Shown piece after piece: positions 15,513 through 23,745 of a DNA stretch of 23,745 bases (positions are counted from its first letter, which is position 1; each line of letters begins with the position of its first letter). Under the pieces are notes generated by a model. That model saw only the letters and a list, made by a program, of their open reading frames with translations. It was not told where the DNA came from and did no database searches. Both the position numbers and the translations under genes were made by a program. The DNA is from a virus (Duplodnaviria > Heunggongvirae > Uroviricota > Caudoviricetes): the IMG/VR virus record IMGVR_UViG_3300027776_000001, positions 1 through 23,745 of that record. One strand, given 5' to 3'.

Positions 15513-15776
15513 ATGGAGCTTGTTCGTGTAGACTGTCCTGCCAAGCCGAAAAGTCATGACAGATTTTTTGGATTTGAAAATGAGGATAATCACATTGAGG
15601 GTGTGCTTTATCGTCAAAATAGCAGAGGGGAAATAGTCGAAATTGCCTGTTATGGTTCTTGTGACGATCCTGCGGAGTCGTATTCAGTATATGTTTCTTC
15701 TATTCCGCACCTGATACAGGCCTTGCTCGCAGCCCAAGAGTATATCCGTGCAGTGGAGAATAAAGATGCTTTCTAG
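15513..15776 (+). CDS. Hypothetical protein
   Basis: Strong RBS AAGGAGG, 87 aa. Confidence 0.72.
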   Translation: MELVRVDCPAKPKSHDRFFGFENEDNHIEGVLYRQNSRGEIVEIACYGSCDDPAESYSVYVSSIPHLIQALLAAQEYIRAVENKDAF

Positions 15777-16023
15777 AACTGATACTCAAGTAGCTACAGC
15801 ATTTCCTCAACGTAATGCTCTAGTCCAGTACCTCAAGCTGCTGGCAAATGATGATCGTATGAATAAGTTCGAGCCTTCATCTGTAACGAATCTTAACCGT
15901 GTAGAAGCTGTGGAATCAGCCTACGAAATTGGACGTATTCATGGTACTAATGAGGGATTGCAAGAACTGGCATTCCACATTCTGAATACGTTCTTTCCAA
16001 ATGAACTAACCAAAGGAGACTAG
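15766..16023 (+). CDS. Hypothetical protein
   Basis: ATG 15766 after GGAG, 85 aa. Confidence 0.65.
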   Translation: MLSRTDTQVATAFPQRNALVQYLKLLANDDRMNKFEPSSVTNLNRVEAVESAYEIGRIHGTNEGLQELAFHILNTFFPNELTKGD

Positions 16024-16026
16024 TAA

Positions 16027-16281
16027 GTGCTTAACCAAGAACAAGAGAAGAAGATAATTGTTTTCCGTCAACAATATGCAGAGTATGCTGCCCAGATTGC
16101 GGGAATCAAGGATGATCAGAAACAACTGTTTGAAGATTTGGTCGAAACCCTGAAGCTTGACAAGAAGATCGACAAGGAAAAGATTCGTGATATTAAGCGA
16201 GGCTTTAAGTTGTTTGTCAAGGCCAATGCTCCAGAAGAAGTTGCTAGTGTTGGTCGAGCTGCTGAAGTAGCTTATCTGTAA
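16027..16281 (+). CDS. Small helical protein, possibly T4 DsbA/GapR-like DNA-binding
   Basis: GTG start after AGGAG; helical pattern YAAQIAGIKDDQKQLFEDL...IKRGFKLF. The family resemblance is by eye only. Confidence 0.55.
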   Translation: MLNQEQEKKIIVFRQQYAEYAAQIAGIKDDQKQLFEDLVETLKLDKKIDKEKIRDIKRGFKLFVKANAPEEVASVGRAAEVAYL

Positions 16282-16300
16282 TTAATAGAAAGGATTAAAC

Positions 16301-16432
16301 ATGGCTAAACCAATTGCGTATGCAGCCCGTCTGCAGAAAGAACCCTTTACCATTACCCAAGAGCAAATGTCTGCTGCCAAGGAACGTTATACCAAGGCAA
16401 AGAAACTGGCTCGGCAAAAGAAGGAGAAGTAA
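16301..16432 (+). CDS. Small basic hypothetical protein (43 aa, absent from the ORF track)
   Basis: AAAGGA RBS then ATG. Translates as MAKPIAYAARLQKEPFTITQEQMSAAKERYTKAKKLARQKKEK and fills the gap between its neighbours. Confidence 0.65.
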   Translation: MAKPIAYAARLQKEPFTITQEQMSAAKERYTKAKKLARQKKEK

Positions 16433-16433
16433 A

Positions 16434-16616
16434 ATGTTTGGATTCCTAGAAAATGTAGCTAAAGCCGCTGTTGGTGTTGTTTCCCTCCCTGTCACTGTTG
16501 CTGCTGATGTAGTTACCATGGCTGGTGCAATGACCGATCAGGATAAGCCTTACACTGCCACAGCCGCTGAGAGTATTCTCAAGAACCTGCAAAAGGCAGT
16601 GGAAGTAGATGATTAA
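16434..16616 (+). CDS. Small hypothetical protein (60 aa)
   Basis: AAGGAG RBS then ATG 16434 (MFGFLENVAKAAVGVVSLPV...). The longer track ORF from 16314 overlaps the 43-aa gene and is probably an artefact. Confidence 0.72.
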   Translation: MFGFLENVAKAAVGVVSLPVTVAADVVTMAGAMTDQDKPYTATAAESILKNLQKAVEVDD

Positions 16617-16630
16617 CAGATCGTAGACAT

Positions 16631-16670
16631 AAAAATAGCCCGTCCTCGAAAGAGGTACGGGCTTTTATTT
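16631..16670. terminator. Bidirectional Rho-independent terminator between the convergent blocks
   Basis: AAAAAT-AGCCCGT-CCTC-GAAA-GAGG-T-ACGGGCT-TTTATTT, with an A-tract before and a T-tract after the hairpin. Confidence 0.88.
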
Positions 16671-16675
16671 TATAG

Positions 16676-16939
16676 TCATTTCTTTTTATCGTTATTCTTA
16701 GGCCAAGATTCTACAATAGTTCGCTTATCGGCAGCACACTTAGCCCATATGACATAAGCTTCTGCTAATTTCTGTTCCACTTCTCTTAGTGGAGTTCCCT
16801 TCTTTGGTGGTTTAGGAGGTAGAGGGCAATCAATTGTCAGACTGGCCTCTGGCTGTGGAAACTGCTGAGTTGTAGGCGCGTTCAAGGAGGCGCACCCCAC
16901 TGTCATCAACAGTACACAAGCTAGAATAAGGTGGCGCAT
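16676..16939 (-). CDS. o-spanin (Rz1-like lipoprotein)
   Basis: Signal peptide with lipobox TVGC, Pro-rich mature region with Cys residues; overlaps the i-spanin 3' end. Confidence 0.85.
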   Translation of the reverse strand: MRHLILACVLLMTVGCASLNAPTTQQFPQPEASLTIDCPLPPKPPKKGTPLREVEQKLAEAYVIWAKCAADKRTIVESWPKNNDKKK

Positions 16940-17231
16940 TCTTATGTTCCTTTACATATTCATCTAAACGGTCTTCAAGATTACGCTTAGACTTCTCGTT
17001 ATCAATAGCAGCTTGTCTTTGGGTATTCACCTGTTCAATCCAATAGGCTGTAGCAGCTTTCTCTTGAAGAAGAGAAGTCTTAGCAACTTCCAATCTTTCC
17101 TTATCCCACTTACCTTCTGCCACTGCCCATGTTATCTTCGCTGTTGTCCCAACGAGTATCGCTATTGCTACTGCGATCAGGATAATCTTCACTTGGTAAG
17201 TCCAAGTTGAAATTCCCGGAATTTTTAACAT
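16830..17231 (-). CDS. i-spanin (Rz-like)
   Basis: Single N-terminal TM, periplasmic coiled coil, C-terminal Cys (LCTVDDSGVRLL). Confidence 0.82.
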   Translation of the reverse strand: MLKIPGISTWTYQVKIILIAVAIAILVGTTAKITWAVAEGKWDKERLEVAKTSLLQEKAATAYWIEQVNTQRQAAIDNEKSKRNLEDRLDEYVKEHKNAPPYSSLCTVDDSGVRLLERAYNSAVSTARGQSDN

Positions 17232-17505
17232 CGTATTTCATTCCTATAAGTTTCTCGAACACCTTATGTCCGGTAAATATAGCTGCGTAAATCAACCACA
17301 GCATTTCTATAAAGCCATTATGGAATGTGAGCCAAGAAAACCAAAAAGCTAGGGAGGCATGACCAGCAGTAGCTGCCAATTTACTGCCAACTACTTGTCC
17401 AGTTCTTTCATCAAGAATAAGACCCTTCACTGAATACCAGATTTTAGGCCAAAACCCCTCTACAGGTTTTCTTAAGACATGAGCACGTTTTTTACTCTTA
17501 TCCAT
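17110..17505 (-). CDS. Putative holin (2 TM)
   Basis: Basic N-terminus, LDERTGQVVGSKL then two hydrophobic helices; lies between the endolysin and the spanins. Confidence 0.6.
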   Translation of the reverse strand: MDKSKKRAHVLRKPVEGFWPKIWYSVKGLILDERTGQVVGSKLAATAGHASLAFWFSWLTFHNGFIEMLWLIYAAIFTGHKVFEKLIGMKYDVKNSGNFNLDLPSEDYPDRSSNSDTRWDNSEDNMGSGRR

Positions 17506-18089
17506 TCCTCTTTCCTGCTTTCCAGACCGATGGTTCCACCATTGATCTTCTTAGTCACGCCAATAAGGTCGCCCTTGTCAGCTAGAACATTAAGACCATT
17601 AGTATTCCAGAACCAAGCAGCAGACAGACAGGCCATTTCAGGTGTTTTCAGAAGGTCTGGTGTAGACATAATCTGAGCATTGCCTATAGCTCTTGCAAAG
17701 GCTGCATAATTTGCCTTGCCTGTCAGTTGAATCAGGCCTCTTCCACGATACTTCCATCCATCACCTGTAGAGTCATTACCAAGTCTTCCTGAGTAAACAG
17801 TGTTGGCAATAAGCTCAGGCTTTCTATGTAGCTTCAAGGCATCCTTATTTGGCTTACCATCTACTCCCTTGAAACGCCTAGGCCATACTCTAGCTAGCCC
17901 ATCTGATGAGTAATTCAGATTTTCTTCCAGAGCTGTAAAGTTGCGACTCTCATGCATAAGCTGGGACAAGAACATAATCTGTCTTTCAACAGTATTGATG
18001 TTATATTGTACCATTGCTTTAACGAGGGGTTCGTACCATTGGTCTGATATCCCACCCACTAATTTCTGTAACTGATCCTTCGTAATCAT
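17472..18089 (-). CDS. Endolysin, glycoside hydrolase family 19
   Basis: FLSQLMHES...EENLNYS, YRGRGLIQLTGKANY, SAAWFW and TKKINGG. Confidence 0.93.
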   Translation of the reverse strand: MITKDQLQKLVGGISDQWYEPLVKAMVQYNINTVERQIMFLSQLMHESRNFTALEENLNYSSDGLARVWPRRFKGVDGKPNKDALKLHRKPELIANTVYSGRLGNDSTGDGWKYRGRGLIQLTGKANYAAFARAIGNAQIMSTPDLLKTPEMACLSAAWFWNTNGLNVLADKGDLIGVTKKINGGTIGLESRKEEWIRVKNVLMS

Positions 18090-18468
18090 CGTTATCTCCT
18101 ATATTTCCAGACGGAATTAGTGCAGAAATCATGTCCTCAGTTAGCCTTCCGTCTTTTGAGGCTGCGACAATTACTAGATTTCTCAGTGCTGCAACTTGTG
18201 CTTCCAAATTCATAATTCTGGCAGATAGTCTGGCCTCTTCTTTAACCAATAGTCGCCAATCCTCTTTCAGCTTGTTATTCTCTTCTCTTAGATGCTCGTT
18301 TTCTTTTTGGAGGTCTGTTAGCTGTTTACTAGCTACTCTATTAACATCATCGCCTGTCCGGTCTTTGACTACATTACGCAAAACAGAGGAAGCTAGTTTT
18401 ATTAGAGCAAGTAGAAACACGGAACCCCCAGCAGCATATGCCATAGTGGCCCCGCCAAGTTCTACCAT
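18019..18468 (-). CDS. Membrane-anchored coiled-coil protein (holin/antiholin candidate)
   Basis: N-terminal hydrophobic helix followed by a heptad-rich coiled coil (LQKENEHLREENNKLKE...); within the lysis cassette. Confidence 0.55.
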   Translation of the reverse strand: MVELGGATMAYAAGGSVFLLALIKLASSVLRNVVKDRTGDDVNRVASKQLTDLQKENEHLREENNKLKEDWRLLVKEEARLSARIMNLEAQVAALRNLVIVAASKDGRLTEDMISALIPSGNIGDNDDYEGSVTEISGWDIRPMVRTPR

Positions 18469-18860
18469 TTTAAGAATACCCCAATTAGATTAAATACGCT
18501 TAGAAGAAGAAACCCTACAAATCCAACTAGGAAAAAGGGCCACGAGAGATTACCCATGACCACTAACCCAACAAGAAATGCCCATATGAACGTAGCTGAC
18601 CCCGCAGCAACAACAGCTAACTGCGGAGAATTAGCATCCATAATGGCATGTGGAACCATAAGGAACACAAGGCACAGAAGTATCCTGTTGACTACTTCTG
18701 CACCACCAACTAAACTCAAACTCAAGCCACCTGTAGCAAAGTGAACCATTAATGCGCTAACACAACTGATTGTCACCATGACAAGGGCTTGGCTGTCTAC
18801 ACCTTTACAGAACTTAGCAAATACTGACAGCTTTTCTGTGGTTTCAAGGGGTATGTTCAT
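18462..18860 (-). CDS. Multi-pass membrane protein (about 4 TM; holin candidate)
   Basis: Four hydrophobic segments in 132 aa; upstream of the endolysin. Confidence 0.6.
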   Translation of the reverse strand: MNIPLETTEKLSVFAKFCKGVDSQALVMVTISCVSALMVHFATGGLSLSLVGGAEVVNRILLCLVFLMVPHAIMDANSPQLAVVAAGSATFIWAFLVGLVVMGNLSWPFFLVGFVGFLLLSVFNLIGVFLKW

Positions 18861-19308
18861 TAGTTAAGGTCTCCGTGGGCTGACACCTCCACAGAAGTAC
18901 TTCCATTAGCTTTCTAGGGCTAAATTCCTGTGGATTTGGCAACTTTGCACAGGCAGCCATCCATTCACTGCAGAAGTCGCCAACATCATTCCTAGTGGCG
19001 CGTCCTACTAACTGAGATTGGATTAAGTCAAGCCATCCGTAAGGCTGCTCTTGTGTCTCTTCAAAATAATCAATAACCCAAGAATCTGGGAGCCAAGGTA
19101 GTGGGAAGTAATCCCAATCTTCATCGTGAAAGTTATTCTTCTCTCTGCGGTTACGTTTAACTACTCCATGATCCTCAACCGTGGAGCTGTACCACATACC
19201 ATCAATGATAAATTCGCAATGGGAATAAATACTATCAGTTCGCCAACGTATTAGGGAATTAGCAATATTTCCCTTGCCTTTATACATTGCAAGTATAACC
19301 ATAGTCAC
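18844..19308 (-). CDS. Permuted papain-like (YaeF/YiiX-type NlpC/P60) enzyme
   Basis: YSHCEF (His) precedes DFCSEW (Cys), with a PYGWLDLI segment in between. Confidence 0.65.
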   Translation of the reverse strand: MTMVILAMYKGKGNIANSLIRWRTDSIYSHCEFIIDGMWYSSTVEDHGVVKRNRREKNNFHDEDWDYFPLPWLPDSWVIDYFEETQEQPYGWLDLIQSQLVGRATRNDVGDFCSEWMAACAKLPNPQEFSPRKLMEVLLWRCQPTETLTNEHTP

Positions 19309-19309
19309 C

Positions 19310-19900
19310 TCAAATTATTTCTTGTGGAGAGTAGAATCCTCTTCCACCATTAAGAGAACGTTCGTAATCAGATGGAATCTCTGGGAGGCCATAAGCTGCC
19401 CGAACGAATGCTGGTAGTTCAACGCTGCCAACAGGAGGGCCAATAATTTCTGTAGCCCTGCCAACAGCGATCAGTCCAAATAACTCAAATGCCAAAAGGT
19501 CTGTATAAAGATCAGCACGATCCGTTTGAACATAGTTAGCAGAATCTAGCTTCTTAGTAGACATACGAAGGCCAGCAGCACGGACATTGTCAGCGTGGTT
19601 TACGGCCTTTGCAGGGTCATGTAGAGAAGCTAGCTCAATTGCTACTGATTCTGCTGCTGTAAAACGGTTACGAAATGCTAGCTGTGTTACTACCTTACCA
19701 AATGTGGTTGGAACAGGAGGAGACACAACAGGAGGTGGATTCGTAAATGTACTTGTCTCAGGATCATAAGCAGCACCTACCTGAACAGCAGGGTCTGCTT
19801 CTGTTACATCAACCCAGAATGAAAGAGCGTCAGGGTATTCAGCCGCTGCTAATGCATCCACTATCAAGGCTGCAGAAGAAATCTTTGCTAGAATTGTCAT
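19310..19900 (-). CDS. Tail fibre assembly/accessory-like protein
   Basis: WVDVTEADPAVQVGAAYDPETSTFTNPP and TQLAFRNRFT; lies just downstream of the putative receptor-binding protein. Confidence 0.5.
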   Translation of the reverse strand: MTILAKISSAALIVDALAAAEYPDALSFWVDVTEADPAVQVGAAYDPETSTFTNPPPVVSPPVPTTFGKVVTQLAFRNRFTAAESVAIELASLHDPAKAVNHADNVRAAGLRMSTKKLDSANYVQTDRADLYTDLLAFELFGLIAVGRATEIIGPPVGSVELPAFVRAAYGLPEIPSDYERSLNGGRGFYSPQEII

Positions 19901-19901
19901 A

Positions 19902-21311
19902 TTAATCTCCTAGGTTAGAAATTGCAAAGTATGGTGACGTATTAGGCTCACCAGTACCTGAACCAGAAATCAATGATGCAACCCACATCCAAACTACCTT
20001 CTTAGCTTCTGTAGCAATAAACAAAGGGATAGCATTAGAATGGCGATTACTCAAGTCACTCTTTGTTCTGTCACCCATTGATACTGGGTTAGGTGCTCTC
20101 AGTACATAAGAGTCTACCATGCTGCTACCTGTCGCATCAGAGAACACTTCCACCAGATAGGTTGCTGGCGCGCCTGCTGTAACGTACTCACTGAAAGAAG
20201 TGGTAGAGCCAAACTGAATCTGGAATGGAGCCAAATCTAGCGAGCTAATTCTCATGTAAGTGATTGTACCAACACCAGTTCCATCACACTCATTGAAAGC
20301 TACAATTGAAGAGCTGAAAGTGCTTAGCGAAGCATATGGAGTACCAATGCCAGAGTTAACACGCAGCATATCACCAGCATTCAGCATCAGGAAGTCTAAT
20401 GCATGATAATCTGTCTGTACACCATACCAGTTAGAATACGGCAAAATACTGTAGGTATTTACTGAATTACCCCTATGTACCATTTCTGTGTAACGTGTCT
20501 GATTACGCAGACCTGTGATATATGCAGCGCCACCACCAGTACTTAGCGTCAAGGTGTTGTTAGTAGCAAAGATTTCGTAAGCATTTGTGGAAGGTTGACC
20601 ACCACCACCATACCCGCGACTAATATAGGTGAACCGCTGGTTGTCGAAGTAAGATTCTTGAACTGTAGCTGAGGTTACAGTATTATCACCAACAAGGGCA
20701 GTATAAGGAGTCACTACATTCCCGTTAGACAGAATCTGTGCAACTCTAAGTGCGCCGCCTGTGGGGATGTTAGCACTATCCCACCCGAAAGGTGTGGCAA
20801 CGACACATAGCTTCGTACTAGGATCAGCTTGACTGGTACGCAATGGCATGAAGGTAGCGTTATAACGACCTGCTGTAGCATTTACCAGTAGTAGCGCACC
20901 GGTTGTCCATGTTGCGGTTGTTGCGTCTAGGGAATAGGTGCGAACATCTATAGCCGTATCTCCAGCTTCAGTACTCCCTCCAGTCATAATAAATTTACCA
21001 GCAGACTTTAAATAGATCATTGACGGAAGCTTACCGTAATCAACACCGGGTAAATCAATACTCGTCACTCCGTAGCAAGCTAGGGATTGGTATGTCTTAG
21101 CAGTTAGGTTGGCACCTGCAGCGGCACCGATTGGACTAGTTTGCCAGATATTATCAGCAGTAGCTACACCTGAAGACAATGTAGCAGGACGAATAAAACC
21201 CTGCGCACGAAGTCTTGGATAAGTACCCTTTACACCGGGAGTGGTGGTAAGATTACCAGATGGAGGTAGGCCGACACCTACCCCTTGAGCGCCTAATGGA
21301 AGTGTTGGCAT
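19902..21311 (-). CDS. Putative receptor-binding / tail fibre protein
   Basis: 469 aa, rich in Thr/Ser/Gly/Tyr with a beta-strand pattern; position in the tail module. Confidence 0.55.
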   Translation of the reverse strand: MPTLPLGAQGVGVGLPPSGNLTTTPGVKGTYPRLRAQGFIRPATLSSGVATADNIWQTSPIGAAAGANLTAKTYQSLACYGVTSIDLPGVDYGKLPSMIYLKSAGKFIMTGGSTEAGDTAIDVRTYSLDATTATWTTGALLLVNATAGRYNATFMPLRTSQADPSTKLCVVATPFGWDSANIPTGGALRVAQILSNGNVVTPYTALVGDNTVTSATVQESYFDNQRFTYISRGYGGGGQPSTNAYEIFATNNTLTLSTGGGAAYITGLRNQTRYTEMVHRGNSVNTYSILPYSNWYGVQTDYHALDFLMLNAGDMLRVNSGIGTPYASLSTFSSSIVAFNECDGTGVGTITYMRISSLDLAPFQIQFGSTTSFSEYVTAGAPATYLVEVFSDATGSSMVDSYVLRAPNPVSMGDRTKSDLSNRHSNAIPLFIATEAKKVVWMWVASLISGSGTGEPNTSPYFAISNLGD

Positions 21312-21322
21312 ACTTTATCTCC

Positions 21323-21991
21323 TTAGTAAAGTGCAATACGAGTATCGATAGAAATGTAAGCTGGCAATGCTGATACAGCACTTTCCATGCCTAGGATATA
21401 AACATCATTCGGGCCAAGCCAGTATCCGTAACGGTCGATTGAAGAATCAACAGTAGCAGCAACCATCTGTACATCCTTGACACCAACAGTCACGCCTGAG
21501 CCTAGAGCCACTGCAATACGCGGGCGTGTAGAGATACGGAATACACGGAATCCAGCAGCAGGAGTTTCAGCGTTTGGCAAGCCAGTCGTGCCATTCAGAG
21601 TAAGAGTTCCTGACACGACAGAAGTGACGATACCAACTAGACCAGAGTTACCAGCATTAGTTGTACCGAAGCACATAATCAAATCACCCACCTGATATCC
21701 ATCAGTGATGAAGCTACCCAATGTCCGAGTGATAGTTGAGTTAGTTGTTGCAGTGATTGTTGGAGCGCCCATATCAGCAAACACAGTAGATTCAATACCA
21801 ACGTATGGAATTACGTTCTTGCTCACTGAGTCTGAGCTTGAAGCACACATGTCTAGGATGCGACAGCCACCGAGCTTATTTCCACTGGCTGGGGTTTTAT
21901 CCACTGCAATCTTAGCTTGTGTGCCATTGGTCACAGTGAATGTTGTAATACGGGTTACATAACTTTCTGGGTATGCGGCGTCTAATGCCAT
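21323..21991 (-). CDS. Virion structural (tail) protein
   Basis: 222 aa, beta-rich and Thr/Val/Gly-rich; RBS AAGGAG; in the tail module. Confidence 0.6.
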   Translation of the reverse strand: MALDAAYPESYVTRITTFTVTNGTQAKIAVDKTPASGNKLGGCRILDMCASSSDSVSKNVIPYVGIESTVFADMGAPTITATTNSTITRTLGSFITDGYQVGDLIMCFGTTNAGNSGLVGIVTSVVSGTLTLNGTTGLPNAETPAAGFRVFRISTRPRIAVALGSGVTVGVKDVQMVAATVDSSIDRYGYWLGPNDVYILGMESAVSALPAYISIDTRIALY

Positions 21992-22002
21992 AGTATTTCT
22001 CC

Positions 22003-22557
22003 TTAAATTGAAGCAAGAGCTAATCTGGCCTGACGCGCTGTTCTAGCACCGGCAACAGTTGTTGGGGCAGCAGCAACCACCGCCCAGTTATTATTTGAAC
22101 CTAGTCCTTGGAATTGAGCCACTTCAACAGTCATATTAATTCCAGAGAATGCAGTGATTGCTCCAAGCATCCACTTTGAAGCAGGATTGCTCAAGTCTGT
22201 TATACTTACCCACTGTCCCGGTACAAACAATTTCCCGTTTTCATTCAAGGTAAAAGACTTAGAGCCTGTCCCAAGAGTTAGGGAAGTAGATGATGTAGCT
22301 CGGCTACCGGGAGCATTCACAGCACTAGCAGCAGCAGCGGTAGCAGTTTCTGCAGCTTCTGTAGCAGTTTCTGCAGCAGCTATAGCAGCATCAGATGCTG
22401 GGCCAGATACAGTGTCAATGTAAGTTGCTAGAGCGTTTACTTGAGTAGTCCAAGTTGAGACAGCAGCAACCCAAGCGTCAGCACGAGCAATAAATGTTGA
22501 TGGGGAATCTACGCGCTGTGGCGCGGTTGGCAATGTGCCTACAATTGGTGCAGCCAT
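22003..22557 (-). CDS. Tail protein (fibre anchor-like)
   Basis: PTAPQRVDSPSTFIARADAWVAA N-terminus, Ala-rich coiled segment and ATSSTSLTLGTGSKSFT domain. Confidence 0.6.
   Translation of the reverse strand: MAAPIVGTLPTAPQRVDSPSTFIARADAWVAAVSTWTTQVNALATYIDTVSGPASDAAIAAAETATEAAETATAAAASAVNAPGSRATSSTSLTLGTGSKSFTLNENGKLFVPGQWVSITDLSNPASKWMLGAITAFSGINMTVEVAQFQGLGSNNNWAVVAAAPTTVAGARTARQARLALASI
22340..22377. repeat. Two-copy 17-nt direct repeat with 21-nt period (codes AAETAT repeats)
   Basis: GTAGCAGTTTCTGCAGC at 22340-22356 and 22361-22377. Confidence 0.7.
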
Positions 22558-23471
22558 TACGTTAATCCTTCAATTTCAATAGATACATCACTGAGAGTGT
22601 GGTAAGCAATGACGATATCAAAGTCCTTATAGAAGCCATACACTACAGTACACTTATATTGCTCCAATCCAATCCACAAGCATGGAGTAGTTCTCAATTC
22701 AGCCATTAAGTTCTGTAGTTCATCAATTTGAGTATTCTCCACAGCCATATCAAACGTTGCTCTCTTGGCAAAGTTTCGCTGAACCACGATGAAGTTACCA
22801 AACTGGTCAATTTCTTTACGGCTATAATCTTGAATACCTACCTTAGCGCCTACGTTAATGCCATTACCAACAAACTTAGTAGCACCTAGTAAGCAAGTCC
22901 CCACATCAGCAGAACCATCTACTGTATAAACAGTGATCTTCACTTTAGCAGAGCCGTATGAAGGGAGGTCTGTGAATAGGGCAGTATCAGTGTATCCAAT
23001 CGGAGTAAAGAAATACATCCACCAGTTATTAATACCTGATGTAGATAGCATTTCAATTTCTTTTGTGTACACTGTACCTTCAACTGGGTCAATCACTTCT
23101 ACCTTAACCTTAGAGGCTCTAGTAGTAAGAAGAGCTACGCAATTCACTGCATAACCCGGAGTAATTTCTACTACAATATCTGTAGTAGATGTTGTCTTAG
23201 TGCTATTGCTAGTATCAAACATTGCATAACGATTGGTTGGCCCTACATCAAGCCATTTAGTAGGCGTTGTTGCAGGGTCATTTCCAGTGTTACCTGCTTC
23301 CAGAGATTCATACACCCTGTGGGTAGAGACAAGGATTACCCTGTCTCCAAGGGCATAGGGAGTGCCTATGTTCCAGACTACCTCCCCTACACTCGCATCA
23401 GGCTCTGCAATTGTCGTACTGGTTAGCGTGGTGTTATCCACCAACACTGGTGGCACGATTTGTAGAGTCAT
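22557..23471 (-). CDS. Distal-tail-like protein with N-terminal carbohydrate-binding insertion
   Basis: WNIGTPYALGDRV...VYESL...W (CBM5/12-like), followed by GIQDYSRKEIDQFG and RATFDMAV. Directly follows the tape measure gene (TAATG overlap). Confidence 0.65.
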   Translation of the reverse strand: MTLQIVPPVLVDNTTLTSTTIAEPDASVGEVVWNIGTPYALGDRVILVSTHRVYESLEAGNTGNDPATTPTKWLDVGPTNRYAMFDTSNSTKTTSTTDIVVEITPGYAVNCVALLTTRASKVKVEVIDPVEGTVYTKEIEMLSTSGINNWWMYFFTPIGYTDTALFTDLPSYGSAKVKITVYTVDGSADVGTCLLGATKFVGNGINVGAKVGIQDYSRKEIDQFGNFIVVQRNFAKRATFDMAVENTQIDELQNLMAELRTTPCLWIGLEQYKCTVVYGFYKDFDIVIAYHTLSDVSIEIEGLT

Positions 23472-23745
23472 TATTCAGCCCTTATATCTGGTTGTCCGTC
23501 TCCATCCCAACGACGAAGAATCTTAGCGGTTTCTAGTGTGTTAACAGCGACTGCACGATTACCAGCAGCGATAGTTTCATTGGTTTCTGTAATCCGTGTT
23601 GCTACTTCATCCAATACCACAGCTACCTTTGTGTTTTGGTTCTCACCATTAGCAGCACCTGAAGTGGATGCCATTTCCTCTGCACGTTTCTGTTCCAACT
23701 TAGCCTGATCAACCTCAGCTTGCTTCAGTAGTAGAAGTCGTAGAG
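23471..23745 (-). CDS. Tape measure protein C-terminus (5'-truncated by window edge)
   Basis: Frame stays open to the window end (...LRLLLLKQAEVDQAKLEQK...). Helical, ends ILRRWDGDGQPDIRAE, and lies upstream of the Dit-like gene. Confidence 0.6.
   Translation of the reverse strand, partial: LRLLLLKQAEVDQAKLEQKRAEEMASTSGAANGENQNTKVAVVLDEVATRITETNETIAAGNRAVAVNTLETAKILRRWDGDGQPDIRAE

Noticed and set aside
16314-16433. N-terminal extension of the 16434-16616 gene in the ORF track
   Set aside because: It overlaps a better-supported 43-aa ORF in another frame, and the RBS sits at 16434.

Overview
This window comes from a lytic tailed phage of a Gram-negative host (Rz/Rz1 spanins, sigma70-type promoters) and has two convergent gene blocks that meet at a bidirectional terminator near 16.65 kb. 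The + strand block (1-16616) covers DNA replication and nucleotide metabolism. It has a T7-type family A DNA polymerase split in motif B by a group I intron (2024-2734, IA2-like) that carries an endonuclease VII-type homing endonuclease. It also has three free-standing HNH endonucleases, four tRNAs (Leu-UAA, Arg-UCU, Gly-UCC, Gln-UUG), an SSB, a 5'-3' exonuclease, a DnaQ-like exonuclease, a MazG-like protein and nrdB-nrdA. The - strand block (16676-23745) runs from the end of a tape measure protein through siphovirus-like tail genes to a heavily overlapped lysis cassette. The most striking element lies inside the tRNA cluster: a dedicated promoter precedes a tandem array of four Y-RNA-like units, followed directly by a Ro60/TROVE gene. 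One unit is a tRNA-mimicking YrlA type with a tRNA-Lys(UUU)-like anticodon loop. The other three are ~66-72 nt minimal units. All calls come from reading the sequence by eye; no database searches or folding programs were run.
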